Shown in pieces: positions 17,734-27,801 of a stretch of 64,000 nt of DNA (positions within the stretch are counted from its first letter, which is position 1; each line of letters starts with the position of its first letter). Under the pieces are notes generated by a model, which worked only from the letters and a program-made list of their open reading frames with translations, had not been told where the DNA came from and searched no databases. Position numbers and translations under genes: made by a program. This stretch comes from Prochlorococcaceae cyanobacterium (GTDB lineage: Bacteria > Cyanobacteriota > Cyanobacteriia > PCC-6307 > Cyanobiaceae), in NCBI GenBank assembly GCA_044356735.1, contig JBIKVR010000001.1, positions 145-64,144 on the forward strand, read 5' to 3'.

Positions 17734-18275
17734 ATGCCCCAGCCCGAATCGCAGGCCCAGATGCTGATCGAGCGGCTGGGGCTCCTGCCCCACCCGGAGG
17801 GGGGCCACTACCGCGAGACCTATCGGTCCACCACAAAGGTGGCCACCCCCGGGGGGAGCGCTGCGCCAGCACAGCCATTCTGTTTCTGCTCACGGTCGGC
17901 CAGTGCTCCCACTGGCATCGAATCTGCGCCGACGAGCTCTGGCTCCACCAGGGCGGCGGCAGCCTGCTCATCCATGAACTCTCCCCGGCCGGCGCCTACC
18001 GCCGCACGCGGCTGGGCCTGGATCTGGCAGCGGGGGAGACCCCCCAACACCTGGTGCCCGCCGGCCACTGGTTTGGCTCAGAACCGGCCGCTGGCGTGGG
18101 CTGGAGCCTGGTGGGCCGCACCGTGGCGCCGGGCTTTGAGTTCGTTGATTTCAGCCTGGCCCGGCCGGAGGATCTGGCTCCCATCGCCACTGAATTCCCC
18201 GATTGGCGCCGGCTCTGCCTGGCAACGGAGCCCCAGGTTCTGCCAAGGCTTAGCCCACCTGCAACCCAGGCTTAG
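17734..18275 (+). pseudogene. Cupin DUF985-family gene interrupted by a frameshift in a C5G6 homopolymer tract
   Basis: Frame 1 reads MPQPESQAQMLIERLGLLPHPEGGHYRETYRST.... After 17844-17856 (cacccccgggggg) the homologous reading continues in another frame: ...ERCASTAILFLLTVGQCSHWHRICADELWLHQGGGSLLIHELSPAGAYRRTRLGLDLAAGETPQHLVPAGHWFGSEP...LVGRTVAPGFEFVDFSL. Joining the frames requires +1 or -2 nt. Confidence 0.8.
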
Positions 18276-19234
18276 GGAGGCTCTGGAAAACCCGAGCCAT
18301 CCGCACGAATACACCCGTGTAATCGCTGGTACCCACTGGGTTCATGGGCAGCAAGCAGCTCGGATTCGGTGATTACGAGCAGTCCACTGCCAAAAAGCGC
18401 ACCAGGCGGGAGCGATTTCTGGGCGAGATGGAAAGTGTTGTGCCGTGGAAAGCACTGATTGATCTGATCGAGCCCCACTATCCCTAGACCAGCTCCAAGG
18501 GTGGTCGCCCGCCCTATCGGCTCGCGACCATGCTGAGCATCCATCTGCTGCAGCAGTGGTACTTCGGGATGTAGCCGCGGGCCCGCGTAGCGGTAGGTCC
18601 ACATCGGCGTGGATAGCGAGAGCGGCCTCATCCACTCAGTGGAAACCACGGCTGCTCATGTGCATGACCTCACCCCAGTTGCTGATCTCCTGCACGGCGA
18701 GGAAAGCGTGGTCTATGCGGATGCTGGCTACCAGGGAATTGAGAAGCGAGAAGAGATGCAAGGCCGGGGGATCGGCTTCCGCATTGCCATGCGACCAGGG
18801 AAGCGTCGAGTACTGCCTGACACGCCGGAGGGCCGATTGGATGATCTGGTCGAAACAGCCAAAGCGCCTATCCGCGCCAAAGGAGAGCATCCGTTTCGGG
18901 TAATCAAACAGCAGTTCGACTTTCAGAAGACCCGACTGCGGGGAATGCTCTTACCGAGGCCGCAGGCCGAGCGTGGCGGAGCCACTAGAATAGCTGCAAA
19001 GTGAATGAGCTGGCCGCTCTCTCGAACCTATTCATGGCACGTCGCAGGTTGCTATACAGTTCGTGATCGGAGGATAACGTGCCCATTGCGGGCAAGAATT
19101 CCCCCAAATAAACCAATTTTAGTTGTCGTGAAGGTGAAATCAGGCCTATCAAGCCTCAGATCCCCCAGAAATTGCTCATTCCGAGTAGATCGCAAGCTTG
19201 GACAATCTTTGAGGGCTCGTTGCCCAGAGGTTCC
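18276..19234 (+). mobile_element. Degenerate IS5-family insertion sequence (transposase pseudogene)
   Basis: Imperfect terminal inverted repeats: GGAGGCTCTGGAAAACCCGAGCC at 18276 versus the rc of the right end, GGAACCTCTGGGCAACGAGCCC, ending at 19234. Reading frames give MGSKQLGFGDYEQSTAKKRTRRERFLGEMESVVPWKALIDLIEPHYP*TSSKGGRPPYRLATML.IHLLQQWYFGM, then VHIGVDSESGLIHSVETTAAHVHDLTPVADLLHGEESVVYADAGYQG...RPGKRRVLPDTPEGRLDDLVETAKAPIRAKGEHPFRVIKQQFDFQKTRLRG, then NELAALSNLFMARRRLL. This is the IS5-group DDE transposase pattern, broken by a TAG, an internal deletion and frame shifts. Ends are accurate to +/-1 nt. Confidence 0.85.
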
Positions 19235-19242
19235 CTAAGAGA

Positions 19243-19570
19243 TCAGCACACACTCATCTGGGTTAAACAGGTCCACCGCCTCACCGCCATAGCCAATGAC
19301 GGCAGCGGTAAGACTGACAGCAGGCTGCCGCCCACCAGAGCTGCTCCCACTTGCGGCGACATCAGCCCGGCCTGTACCTCGAGATAGGCGACAACAATCG
19401 GCAAATTGAGTGACTGTGACACCAGCAGCGAAAAGCACAGTCGTTCGATCAGATCAGGCAGCGCCTGGCGATAAAGCAGCCACTGGGGCAGACCTCGTAT
19501 CAAGAGAATCCCCACAAACAGCAACAATCGCAACGATTGTCAGCAGTGCCTGTAGACCAACACTCATGGG
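19243..19570 (-). pseudogene. Fragment of a cation:proton antiporter-like membrane protein (C-terminal TM segments only, frameshifted)
   Basis: The minus strand reads MSVGLQALLTIVAIVAV... in one frame. A second frame reads LLLFVGILLIRGLPQWLLYRQALPDLIERLCFSLLVSQSLNLPIVVAYLEVQAGLMSPQVGAALVGGSLLSVLPLPSLA. There is no N-terminal continuation. The fragment abuts the IS right end. Confidence 0.3.
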
Positions 19571-20077
19571 CTGCGGAAAAATCAAACCACCATCCTGCTC
19601 CAGCAGAGCTGGAACTTTGAGGTGGGGCCTTGCCTTCCTCTTGATCCGCTCCAGGGCAGGCGCGCTGGTGCCGATGTGGGAAGCCAGTGATCGGCTGAGG
19701 TGGTTTTTATCCGGCTGTTACCGCGTCAAGAGCCGGTGATAACAATGTGCGAAGCCCCTCGTCTGGAACAGCTAGGCCGCTTTCTGTTGCGGGGCCTGCG
19801 CATCGGCGCCAGCACCGTGTCGATCGTGGAGTTGCTGCGTAGCGAATCGTGCCGATCAATCTCTTGTCGTTGCTGCGCTGACTGCTGCAGCAGCGATGGT
19901 TCCGAGAATCAACAGGTCCTCGTAGCCGCCTCCATTGAAATCCACTCTTGGCCTGGATGGGATCAGTGGTCTGGCGAGTCCTGGGCCAGCTGGTGATGGT
20001 GAGCACCAAGATGGCGAGAAGTGGGCTTTCCCTTAACCCAGGTACAGCAGATTTAAACCAGCTTCCGCTCCCTGGCC

Positions 20078-22600
20078 ATGAGCAGCACCTTCACCGACGC
20101 TCCCGAACTGCCCCTCCCCTCCAGCTACGGGGATCCCGAGCGGACTGGCCTCGGTGCGAACGATCTCTTCGAGGGCATCACCGAACACCTCTTCTTCACC
20201 CTCGGCCGCCGGGTGGACAACGCTAGCCCCCACGATTTCTACCTGGCGCTGAGTTATGCCGTGAGGGATCGGCTGATGTGCCGACAGCTGGCCTCCCAGG
20301 ATGCGCTGCGGGCGCACGAGAGGCCTCGGGCGGTGACCTACCTCTCGGCAGAGTTCCTCATCGGCCCCCAGCTTGGCAACAACCTGCTGATGCTCGGCAT
20401 CCAGGCGGAGGCCGCAACAGCCCTGCAACGCTTCGGTATCCAGGACATCGAGCAGATCCTCGCCCTTGAGGAGGAGCCGGGTCTTGGCAATGGAGGGCTC
20501 GGCCGTCTGGCCGCCTGCTTCCTCGAATCCCTTGCCACTCTTGAGATCCCTGCAATCGGCTACGGCATCCGCTACGAATTCGGCATCTTCGACCAAGCGA
20601 TCCGGGACGGCTGGCAGGTGGAGATCACTGACAAGTGGCTCCGGGGCGGCTGGCCTTGGGAGTTGGTCCAGCCGTCGATGAGCTGCCGGGTCGGCTTCGG
20701 GGGGTACACGGAGGTCTGGCACGACGACCACGGTCACCACCGGGTGCGCTGGATTCCCTCCGAACAGGCCATCGGCATCCCCCATGACGTGCCGGTGCTC
20801 GGTTATCGCGTTAATACCTGCAACCGGCTGCGTCTTTGGAAGGCGGAGGCGGCTGAGGCGTTCGATTTCCATGCCTTCAACAGAGGCGATTTCTACGGCG
20901 CTGTGGAGCAGAAAGTGAGCAGCGAAACCCTCTCCAAGGTTCTCTACCCGAACGATGGCAACGATGCCGGCCGCAGGCTGCGGCTGATGCAGCAGTTCTT
21001 CTTCGTGAGCTGCTCGCTACAGGACATGCTGCGCAACCTCCGCAATCGTGGCCTCGCCGCTCAGGAGTTTGCGACCCACTGGGCGGTTCAGCTCAATGAC
21101 ACCCATCCGGCCATTGCCGTGGCCGAACTGATGCGTCTTCTGGTGGACGAGCATCATCTCGAATGGGATCAGGCCTGGGACATCACCTGCCACTCGATTG
21201 CCTACACCAATCACACCCTGCTCCCCGAAGCGCTCGAGACCTGGGATCTCGGCCTATTCGCCTCGCTGCTGCCACGCCATCTCGAACTGATCTATGAGAT
21301 CAATGCCCGCTTCCTGCAACAGGTGCGGATGCGGTTCCCCGGCGATGGCGAACTGCTCGCCCGAGTTTCGATCATTGCTGACCAGGGAGGCAAAGCCGTC
21401 CGCATGGCCCACCTCGCCACCGTTGCCGCCCATCACGTCAATGGAGTGGCGGCCCTGCACAGTGATCTGGTCCGCACGGATCTGCTGGCCGATTTCGCCC
21501 GGCTCCAGCCGGAGCGGTTCACCAATGTCACCAACGGCGTCACGCCCCGCCGCTGGGTGGCCCTGGCCAACCCAGCGCTGAACGAACTCTTGCGGGAGAC
21601 GCTCGGCCCTGACTGGCCCGCCCGGGAGCAGGAATGGCCGAGGCTTGAAGCCCTCCAGGCCGACTCGGCCTTCCTAGCCCGCTGGGAGGCCAGCAAACTG
21701 GAAGCCAAGCGGCGGCTGGCCGCCCTGATTGCTGAGCGCACCGATCAGTTGGTGGATCCAACCAGCCTCTTCGACGTGCAGGTGAAACGCATCCACGAGT
21801 ACAAGCGCCAGCACCTCAATGCCCTGCGGCTCGTCGTCCAGTATCTGCGCATCAAGCAGGGCGACACCGCGGGGATGGTGCCCCGCACCTTTGTCTTCGG
21901 CGGGAAGGCCGCCCCCGGCTATGCCATGGCCAAGCTGATCATCCGCTTCATCAATGGGATCGCGGCGGTTATCAACAATGACCCGGATTGCAAAGATCTG
22001 CTTAAGGTGATTTTCTTGCCGGATTACAATGTCAAGCTTGGCGAGAAAGTGTACCCAGCCGCCGATCTCTCCGAACAAATCTCCACGGCCGGCCTGGAAG
22101 CTTCCGGCACCGGCAACATGAAGTTCACCATGAATGGGGCACTCACTATTGGCACCCTGGATGGGGCGAACGTCGAGATCCGGCAGCAGGTTGGGGCCGA
22201 CAACTTCTTCCTCTTCGGCAAAACAGTCGAGGAGATACGCCACCTCCGCGGCCACTATCGTCCCTGGGAGTGGCTGGAGCACCTTCCAGCTCTGCAGGAG
22301 GCCTTCGCCCTGATCGAACGAGGTCACTTCAGCGGCGGGGAACGAGATCTGTTTCGGCCCCTGCTGGACCAACTGCGAGGCCAGGATCCATTCTTCGTGC
22401 TTGCCGATTTCGATGACTACGATCAGGCCCAGAGCCGGGTCGACGAAGTGTGGCTCGATCGTCGGCGCTGGACGACGATGTCTCTCCTCAACACCGCGCG
22501 CAGCGGCTTTTTCTCCTCCGACCGCTCTATCAGGGACTACTCCACCTCGATCTGGAAGGTTGATCCCCTGAAATTCTCGATCACCAGCGACAACGTTTAA
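20078..22600 (+). CDS. glgP: Glycogen/alpha-glucan phosphorylase
   Basis: 840 aa. Motifs include LGNGGLGRLAACFLESLATLEIPA, HEYKRQHLN and EASGTGNMKFTMNGALTIGTLDGANVE (the PLP lysine region). Confidence 0.95.
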   Translation: MSSTFTDAPELPLPSSYGDPERTGLGANDLFEGITEHLFFTLGRRVDNASPHDFYLALSYAVRDRLMCRQLASQDALRAHERPRAVTYLSAEFLIGPQLGNNLLMLGIQAEAATALQRFGIQDIEQILALEEEPGLGNGGLGRLAACFLESLATLEIPAIGYGIRYEFGIFDQAIRDGWQVEITDKWLRGGWPWELVQPSMSCRVGFGGYTEVWHDDHGHHRVRWIPSEQAIGIPHDVPVLGYRVNTCNRLRLWKAEAAEAFDFHAFNRGDFYGAVEQKVSSETLSKVLYPNDGNDAGRRLRLMQQFFFVSCSLQDMLRNLRNRGLAAQEFATHWAVQLNDTHPAIAVAELMRLLVDEHHLEWDQAWDITCHSIAYTNHTLLPEALETWDLGLFASLLPRHLELIYEINARFLQQVRMRFPGDGELLARVSIIADQGGKAVRMAHLATVAAHHVNGVAALHSDLVRTDLLADFARLQPERFTNVTNGVTPRRWVALANPALNELLRETLGPDWPAREQEWPRLEALQADSAFLARWEASKLEAKRRLAALIAERTDQLVDPTSLFDVQVKRIHEYKRQHLNALRLVVQYLRIKQGDTAGMVPRTFVFGGKAAPGYAMAKLIIRFINGIAAVINNDPDCKDLLKVIFLPDYNVKLGEKVYPAADLSEQISTAGLEASGTGNMKFTMNGALTIGTLDGANVEIRQQVGADNFFLFGKTVEEIRHLRGHYRPWEWLEHLPALQEAFALIERGHFSGGERDLFRPLLDQLRGQDPFFVLADFDDYDQAQSRVDEVWLDRRRWTTMSLLNTARSGFFSSDRSIRDYSTSIWKVDPLKFSITSDNV

Positions 22601-22649
22601 TCAATTAACACCACCACTATCACTACCACCTCCTGAACGTGTGGCCACC

Positions 22650-23243
22650 ATGCATAACAGCGATGTTCCCACCGGTGAGGTCTTGCTGATTCGCCACGGC
22701 GAGACGGAATGGAGCATCTCGGGTCAGCACACCGGCAGCACCGACATCCCCCTCACCGACCATGGCGAAGCGGTGGCCCGCCTGCTCGCCCCGGTGCTGG
22801 CGGACCGCAATTTTTCCCTGGTGTTGTGCAGCCCCCTGCAGCGGGCCCGCCGCACCTGTGAACTGGCTGGCCTGGGCGAGCAGGCCAGCATCGATCCTGA
22901 TCTGGCTGAGTGGAACTACGGCAGCTACGAAGGCCTCAAGACCTCGGCGATTCGCGAGCAGCATTCTGGTTGGTTGGTGTTTCGCGATGGCTGTCCAGAA
23001 GGGGAAAGCCCCGCCGAGGTGGGGGAACGGGTCGACCGCGTGATCCGTCGGGTGCGGGAGAACGGGGGCAGGGTGGCACTCTTCGCCCACGGACACGTGT
23101 TACGGGTGTTCGTAGCACGCTGGATCGAGCTGTCGCCAAGCCACGGCGCCCATTTCCTGCTCGACACCTCGACCCTCACGATCCTTTCCTATTACAGAGG
23201 CATCCCTGCTGTGAAGTGCTGGAATGCACCCCTGGCAGCGTGA
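22650..23243 (+). CDS. Histidine phosphatase (phosphoglycerate-mutase-like) family protein
   Basis: VLLIRHGETEWSISGQHTGSTDIPLTDHGE (RHG motif) and ALFAHGHVLR. ATG at 22650; the ORF is open from a GTG at 22641. Confidence 0.85.
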   Translation: MHNSDVPTGEVLLIRHGETEWSISGQHTGSTDIPLTDHGEAVARLLAPVLADRNFSLVLCSPLQRARRTCELAGLGEQASIDPDLAEWNYGSYEGLKTSAIREQHSGWLVFRDGCPEGESPAEVGERVDRVIRRVRENGGRVALFAHGHVLRVFVARWIELSPSHGAHFLLDTSTLTILSYYRGIPAVKCWNAPLAA

Positions 23244-23267
23244 GCCTGATACCCAGGGCCAGCCGGC

Positions 23268-25103
23268 CTACTGGCGGTCCCAATCCAGATCCAGCTTCAC
23301 CGAGCCGCTGTCTGGCAGCAGGAAAGTGCGACAGACCAGATTCTCGTAAACGGGCTCCAGACCAGAAGAGCGCAGCACCACGAACTTGAAACGAATTGGC
23401 CTTCCCGCCGATTCATCAAAACCCACTTCGGCGAACCAGACGTCCCCATTGATAAATTCCAGATGGGGACACCGATTCACATCCCAGGCCCCTAGTTCAG
23501 GGGCATTACCGCAGACGGCCATCACTTCGCCGGGACGGGTGATATAGTCGTTAATTTGAAATTTAACCACCGTGGTGGCCCTTAACGGTTCTCCCTGCAC
23601 CGCGAGAATAACAGCACCCTTGGCTGGAATGGAGAGTTTTTGGATCGCCCCTGCAGCCACCACAAAGCTATTACCCGTGAGCAGACAGCTGTGGGGCCCT
23701 TCGGGGAGCCCGGTGTTGTCAATGGTGCAGCAAGCGTAATCACCCTTGTTCACGACCACGAACACCCGGTTGTCGCGATACATGCGGGTGTATGCATAGA
23801 TCGTTTCCGAGATGTATTTCTGTCCGTGCCGTCCGTAGGCAAGGGCGCGATTTGTCTTGCGCAGCCAGGCCAGTCGGCGGATGATCTCCGAAAGCCTTGA
23901 GCCGGTCTCCCAGGACTCCATCATCGGGCGGTTGTAGGGATCATTGCCGCCATCGGTGTCGTTCACCAGATACTGCTCGGTTCCATAGAACAGGCAGGGA
24001 ATGCCACGCAGCGTCAGCAGCAGCACCGTGGCCAGCTCAAGATCCCCGTGGCTGGAGCAAATCGAGAGGAAGCGGGGCATGTCGTGGTTCTCGATGAAGG
24101 TCACCAGCGCGGTGGAGCGCCGATACACCGGATCCATCGCCAACACCCGCTCAATGAGGTGGAAGCCCCCTGGCTCCTGGCCGCTGAAGGCGGAGCGGAT
24201 CGCCCCGGCAAGAGCGAAGTCCAGCACCGACACTCCAGTGTCATTGGCATAGTGCAGATAACGCCCATCCCAGGGCGAGCCGAAGCCATACTCCCCGAAG
24301 AGAAACGTATCGGGCTTGCTGGCCTGAATGTCCGCCACAAACTCCTGCCAGAACCACACCGGCATGTGCTTGAGAGTATCGATGCGCAGGGCATCGAAGC
24401 CAAGGTCAAGCCAGGCGTTAATGGCGCTTTTAATATAATTCCTGAAATCAATATTTCGCTCGTTAAAGGTGGCAAGTCCGAGCATTTCATGATGTATCAA
24501 CTGAAATTCATTTTCCCAATCTGAAATTTCAGGATAGTGATAGTAAAAGCAATTGCTATCATCCTGAAAGTCAGCTAGTGGCTGGCCATCATCCGTGACA
24601 ACTCCCTTGCGACCATGTAGCAGAGGAGAGCTATGGTTGCAGACGATATCTAGGACGATCTTGATGTTCCGTTCATGCAGGGCCTCGATCATTCTGCGCA
24701 GGGTGACGCAGGTCTTCAGCGAGGTCGAATCCCCCTCGCTGACGAAATGGGGATTGACGCGCTTAAAGTCCTTAGTCCAGTAGCCGTGCATGGGACCATG
24801 GCCATTCTCAATGTCATCGACCTGCTCAAACAGAGGGGAGAGCCAGACGGCTGTGATTCCAAGCTGCTTGAGGTAGTCGGCCTTCTCTATGATGCCTTCT
24901 AGATCACCACCCCAATAATGTCCCCAATGGGTGAGACTCGGATCGTGGACTCCCTGCTTGCTAATCCCGTCATTGGCTCTGTTGCCATTAAAAAAGCGAT
25001 CGATCACGATAAAGTAGATAGTCTCCTTCCGGAATTCCGCCTCCTTCTCGAACAGCTGGTTGGCTGATGCTTGCTTGGATGCACCCGAAACAAATGTGTC
25101 CAT
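23268..25103 (-). CDS. GH13 alpha-amylase-family glycosidase with C-terminal CBM20 starch-binding domain
   Basis: GH13 regions VLDIVCNHSS, GFDALRIDTLKHM, FLFGEY and FIENHDMPRF. The C-terminus VKFQINDYITRPGEVMAVCGNAPELGAWD...IRFKFVVL...YENLVCRTFLLP is CBM20-like. No obvious signal peptide. GC is lower than in the neighbours by eye. Confidence 0.88.
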   Translation of the reverse strand: MDTFVSGASKQASANQLFEKEAEFRKETIYFIVIDRFFNGNRANDGISKQGVHDPSLTHWGHYWGGDLEGIIEKADYLKQLGITAVWLSPLFEQVDDIENGHGPMHGYWTKDFKRVNPHFVSEGDSTSLKTCVTLRRMIEALHERNIKIVLDIVCNHSSPLLHGRKGVVTDDGQPLADFQDDSNCFYYHYPEISDWENEFQLIHHEMLGLATFNERNIDFRNYIKSAINAWLDLGFDALRIDTLKHMPVWFWQEFVADIQASKPDTFLFGEYGFGSPWDGRYLHYANDTGVSVLDFALAGAIRSAFSGQEPGGFHLIERVLAMDPVYRRSTALVTFIENHDMPRFLSICSSHGDLELATVLLLTLRGIPCLFYGTEQYLVNDTDGGNDPYNRPMMESWETGSRLSEIIRRLAWLRKTNRALAYGRHGQKYISETIYAYTRMYRDNRVFVVVNKGDYACCTIDNTGLPEGPHSCLLTGNSFVVAAGAIQKLSIPAKGAVILAVQGEPLRATTVVKFQINDYITRPGEVMAVCGNAPELGAWDVNRCPHLEFINGDVWFAEVGFDESAGRPIRFKFVVLRSSGLEPVYENLVCRTFLLPDSGSVKLDLDWDRQ

Positions 25104-25368
25104 GATTCTGATGGCCTAGTTCAACCGGCAAAGCCACCTTGCTCCACTAGGGAGAACAGGTGGTTAAGAGAGGAGCTGCCAGACGTGACACATCAAATCA
25201 ATATCCATCCCAACGGTTGTATTCAGCCATGGGTCCCACTGCGATTGTTTCGAAAGCCCTTGGCTGAAGATGCTGGATCCCTGACTTGCGCCCCCAGGGC
25301 GGCTGCCTTAGCGCCTTCTTAATGACCGCAGGCAAGCATTGAGCAAATTCCTGACGCAGCTGAAGGCA

Positions 25369-27801
25369 ATGATCGCTTCCTCTATGCCCCCTTATGAGGC
25401 TCAATTCTCCAGCCCTGATCATGAGCAGGAGTTGCAGCGAATCGATGCATGGTGGCGCGCCGCCAACTACCTGGCTGTGGGGATGATCTACCTGCGCGAT
25501 AACCCTCTGCTGGCCGAACCCCTGCGCTTTGAGCACATCAAGCCGCGGCTGCTGGGCCACTGGGGCTCTTCACCGGGCCAGGCCTTCATCTGGGCCCACG
25601 CCAACCGGGTGATTCGCCGCCACGACCTCGACATGATCTACCTGTCGGGCCCCGGCCATGGCGCCCCAGGGGTGCTGGGCCCCACATACCTGGACGGAAG
25701 TTACAGCGAGGTTTATCCCGACAAGAGCCAGGACAGCGCGGGGATGCGCCGCTTCTTCAAGCAGTTCTCCTTCCCCGGGCACATCGGCAGCCACTGCACC
25801 CCGGAAACCCCCGGCTCGATCCACGAGGGGGGCGAACTGGGTTACGTGCTCTCCCACGCCTGCGGAGCAGTCTTCGACAACCCCGACCTAATCGCCCTGG
25901 CCTGTGTGGGTGATGGGGAAGCCGAAACCGGTCCCCTGGCCACCTCGTGGCACATCAACAAGTTCCTCAACCCGATCAGCGATGGGGCGGTGTTGCCGGT
26001 GCTGCACCTGAATGGCTACAAGATCGCCAACCCCACCCTGCTAGCCCGAGTCCCGCATGACGAGCTGGCGAGCCTGATGCGCGGCTATGGCTGGGAGCCG
26101 ATTTTCGTGGAAGGCAGCGAACCGAAGGCCATGCACGAAGCCATGGCAGCCGCCATGGATCGGGCGATCGGGCGCATTCTTGAGATCCGCGCCGAAGGAC
26201 GTACAAGCGGTGAAGCGGTGCGGCCGGCCTGGCCGATGATCGTGCTGCGCTCCCCAAAGGGCTGGACCGGCCCGACTGCGTTGCATGGCAAGAAACTGGA
26301 GGGCTTCTGGAGGGCCCACCAGGTGCCCCTGGCTGCGCCGAACACCGATCCGGAGCAACTTGCTCTGTTGGAGGACTGGCTGAAGAGCTACCGCCCCTGG
26401 GAGCTCTTTGATGCCAACGGCACCCTGATTCCCGAACTGCGGGCCCTCTCCCCCGTCGGCCTGCGCCGCATGGGTTCCAACTCCCATGCCAACGGCGGTT
26501 TGCTGCGCCGCAACCTTCAGTTCCCCCCGTTGGCGGACTATGCGGTGGCGGTGGATGTTCCTGGCACCACTGAGGCGGAGAACACCTACCCCCTCGGGGA
26601 GCTGCTGCGCGACATCATTCGCAGCAATCCCGATTCGATGCGGGTGTTCGGTCCGGATGAAACTGCCTCCAACCGCCTGCAGGCGATCTACGAGGTGAGC
26701 AAGAAAGTGTGGATGGAAGATTTCTTGCCGGAGGACCTCAACGGCAGTGAACTGGGCCGCAACGGCCGGGTGGTGGAGATGCTCAGCGAGCACACCCTGG
26801 TGGGGATGATGGAGGGTTATCTGCTCACCGGTCGCTATGGCTTCTTCCACACCTACGAGGCCTTCGCCCATGTGATCGCCTCGATGTTCAACCAGCACGC
26901 CAAGTGGCTGGAATCCTGCATTCACCATGCTCCCTGGCGCTCGCCGATCGGTGCCTGGAATTGCCTGATCTCCTCCACGGTGTGGCGGCAGGATCACAAT
27001 GGCTTCACCCACCAGGATCCGGGCTTCATCGACCTGGCCGGCAACAAGAGCGGCGAGGTGGTGCGGGTGTACATGCCGGCCGACGCCAACTGCCTGCTGG
27101 CGGTGGCCGAGGAGGCTCTGCAGGAAACCAACGTCTGCAACATCATCGTTTCCGACAAGCAGAAGCACCTCCAGTACTACTCGCTAGAGCAGGCCAGGCG
27201 CCATGTGGCCAAGGGGATCAGCATCGTCCGCTGGGCCAGCAACGACGACCAAGGCATCGAACCGGATGAGCCCGAGGTGGTGATGGCCTGCGCCGGCGAC
27301 ATTCCCACCAAGGAGACTCTGGCCGCTGTCGAGATCCTGCGTCGCGAGATCCCCAGCCTGCGGATCCGGGTGATCAACGTGGTCAAGCTGTTCGCCCTCA
27401 CCGAACCCAAGGAACATCCCCATGGGCTGAGCGACCGGGATTTCGACACCCTGTTCACCACCGACCGGCCGGTGATCTTCAACTTCCACGGCTACCCCTG
27501 GCTGATTCACCGCCTCACCTACCGCCGCACCAATCACGCCAACTTCCACGTGCGCGGTTACAAGGAGAAGGGCAACATCAACACGCCTTTGGAGCTGGCG
27601 ATGAACAACCAGATCGACCGCTTCAACCTGGTGATCGATGTGATCGACCGCCTGCCGCGCCTCGGCTCCCGCGCCGCCCATGTGAAGGAGCGGATGCAAG
27701 AAGAGATCCTGTCCCACCGGGAGTACGCCCATACCCACGGCATGGACGCGCCGGAAATCACCGACTGGCGCTGGTCGCTGTCGATGGCCGAACAAGGATG
27801 A
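25369..27801 (+). CDS. xfp: Phosphoketolase (xylulose-5-P/fructose-6-P phosphoketolase)
   Basis: About 810 aa. Motifs include [41 protein letters not shown], and the TPP-binding and C-terminal domains. ATG at 25369; the ORF is open from a TTG at 25339. Confidence 0.94.
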   Translation: MIASSMPPYEAQFSSPDHEQELQRIDAWWRAANYLAVGMIYLRDNPLLAEPLRFEHIKPRLLGHWGSSPGQAFIWAHANRVIRRHDLDMIYLSGPGHGAPGVLGPTYLDGSYSEVYPDKSQDSAGMRRFFKQFSFPGHIGSHCTPETPGSIHEGGELGYVLSHACGAVFDNPDLIALACVGDGEAETGPLATSWHINKFLNPISDGAVLPVLHLNGYKIANPTLLARVPHDELASLMRGYGWEPIFVEGSEPKAMHEAMAAAMDRAIGRILEIRAEGRTSGEAVRPAWPMIVLRSPKGWTGPTALHGKKLEGFWRAHQVPLAAPNTDPEQLALLEDWLKSYRPWELFDANGTLIPELRALSPVGLRRMGSNSHANGGLLRRNLQFPPLADYAVAVDVPGTTEAENTYPLGELLRDIIRSNPDSMRVFGPDETASNRLQAIYEVSKKVWMEDFLPEDLNGSELGRNGRVVEMLSEHTLVGMMEGYLLTGRYGFFHTYEAFAHVIASMFNQHAKWLESCIHHAPWRSPIGAWNCLISSTVWRQDHNGFTHQDPGFIDLAGNKSGEVVRVYMPADANCLLAVAEEALQETNVCNIIVSDKQKHLQYYSLEQARRHVAKGISIVRWASNDDQGIEPDEPEVVMACAGDIPTKETLAAVEILRREIPSLRIRVINVVKLFALTEPKEHPHGLSDRDFDTLFTTDRPVIFNFHGYPWLIHRLTYRRTNHANFHVRGYKEKGNINTPLELAMNNQIDRFNLVIDVIDRLPRLGSRAAHVKERMQEEILSHREYAHTHGMDAPEITDWRWSLSMAEQG

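Noticed and set aside
17844-17856. Programmed ribosomal frameshift in the cupin gene
   Set aside because: There is no slippery heptamer or downstream structure that I can see. The site is a C5G6 homopolymer next to an IS. A mutation or a sequencing error is the simpler explanation.
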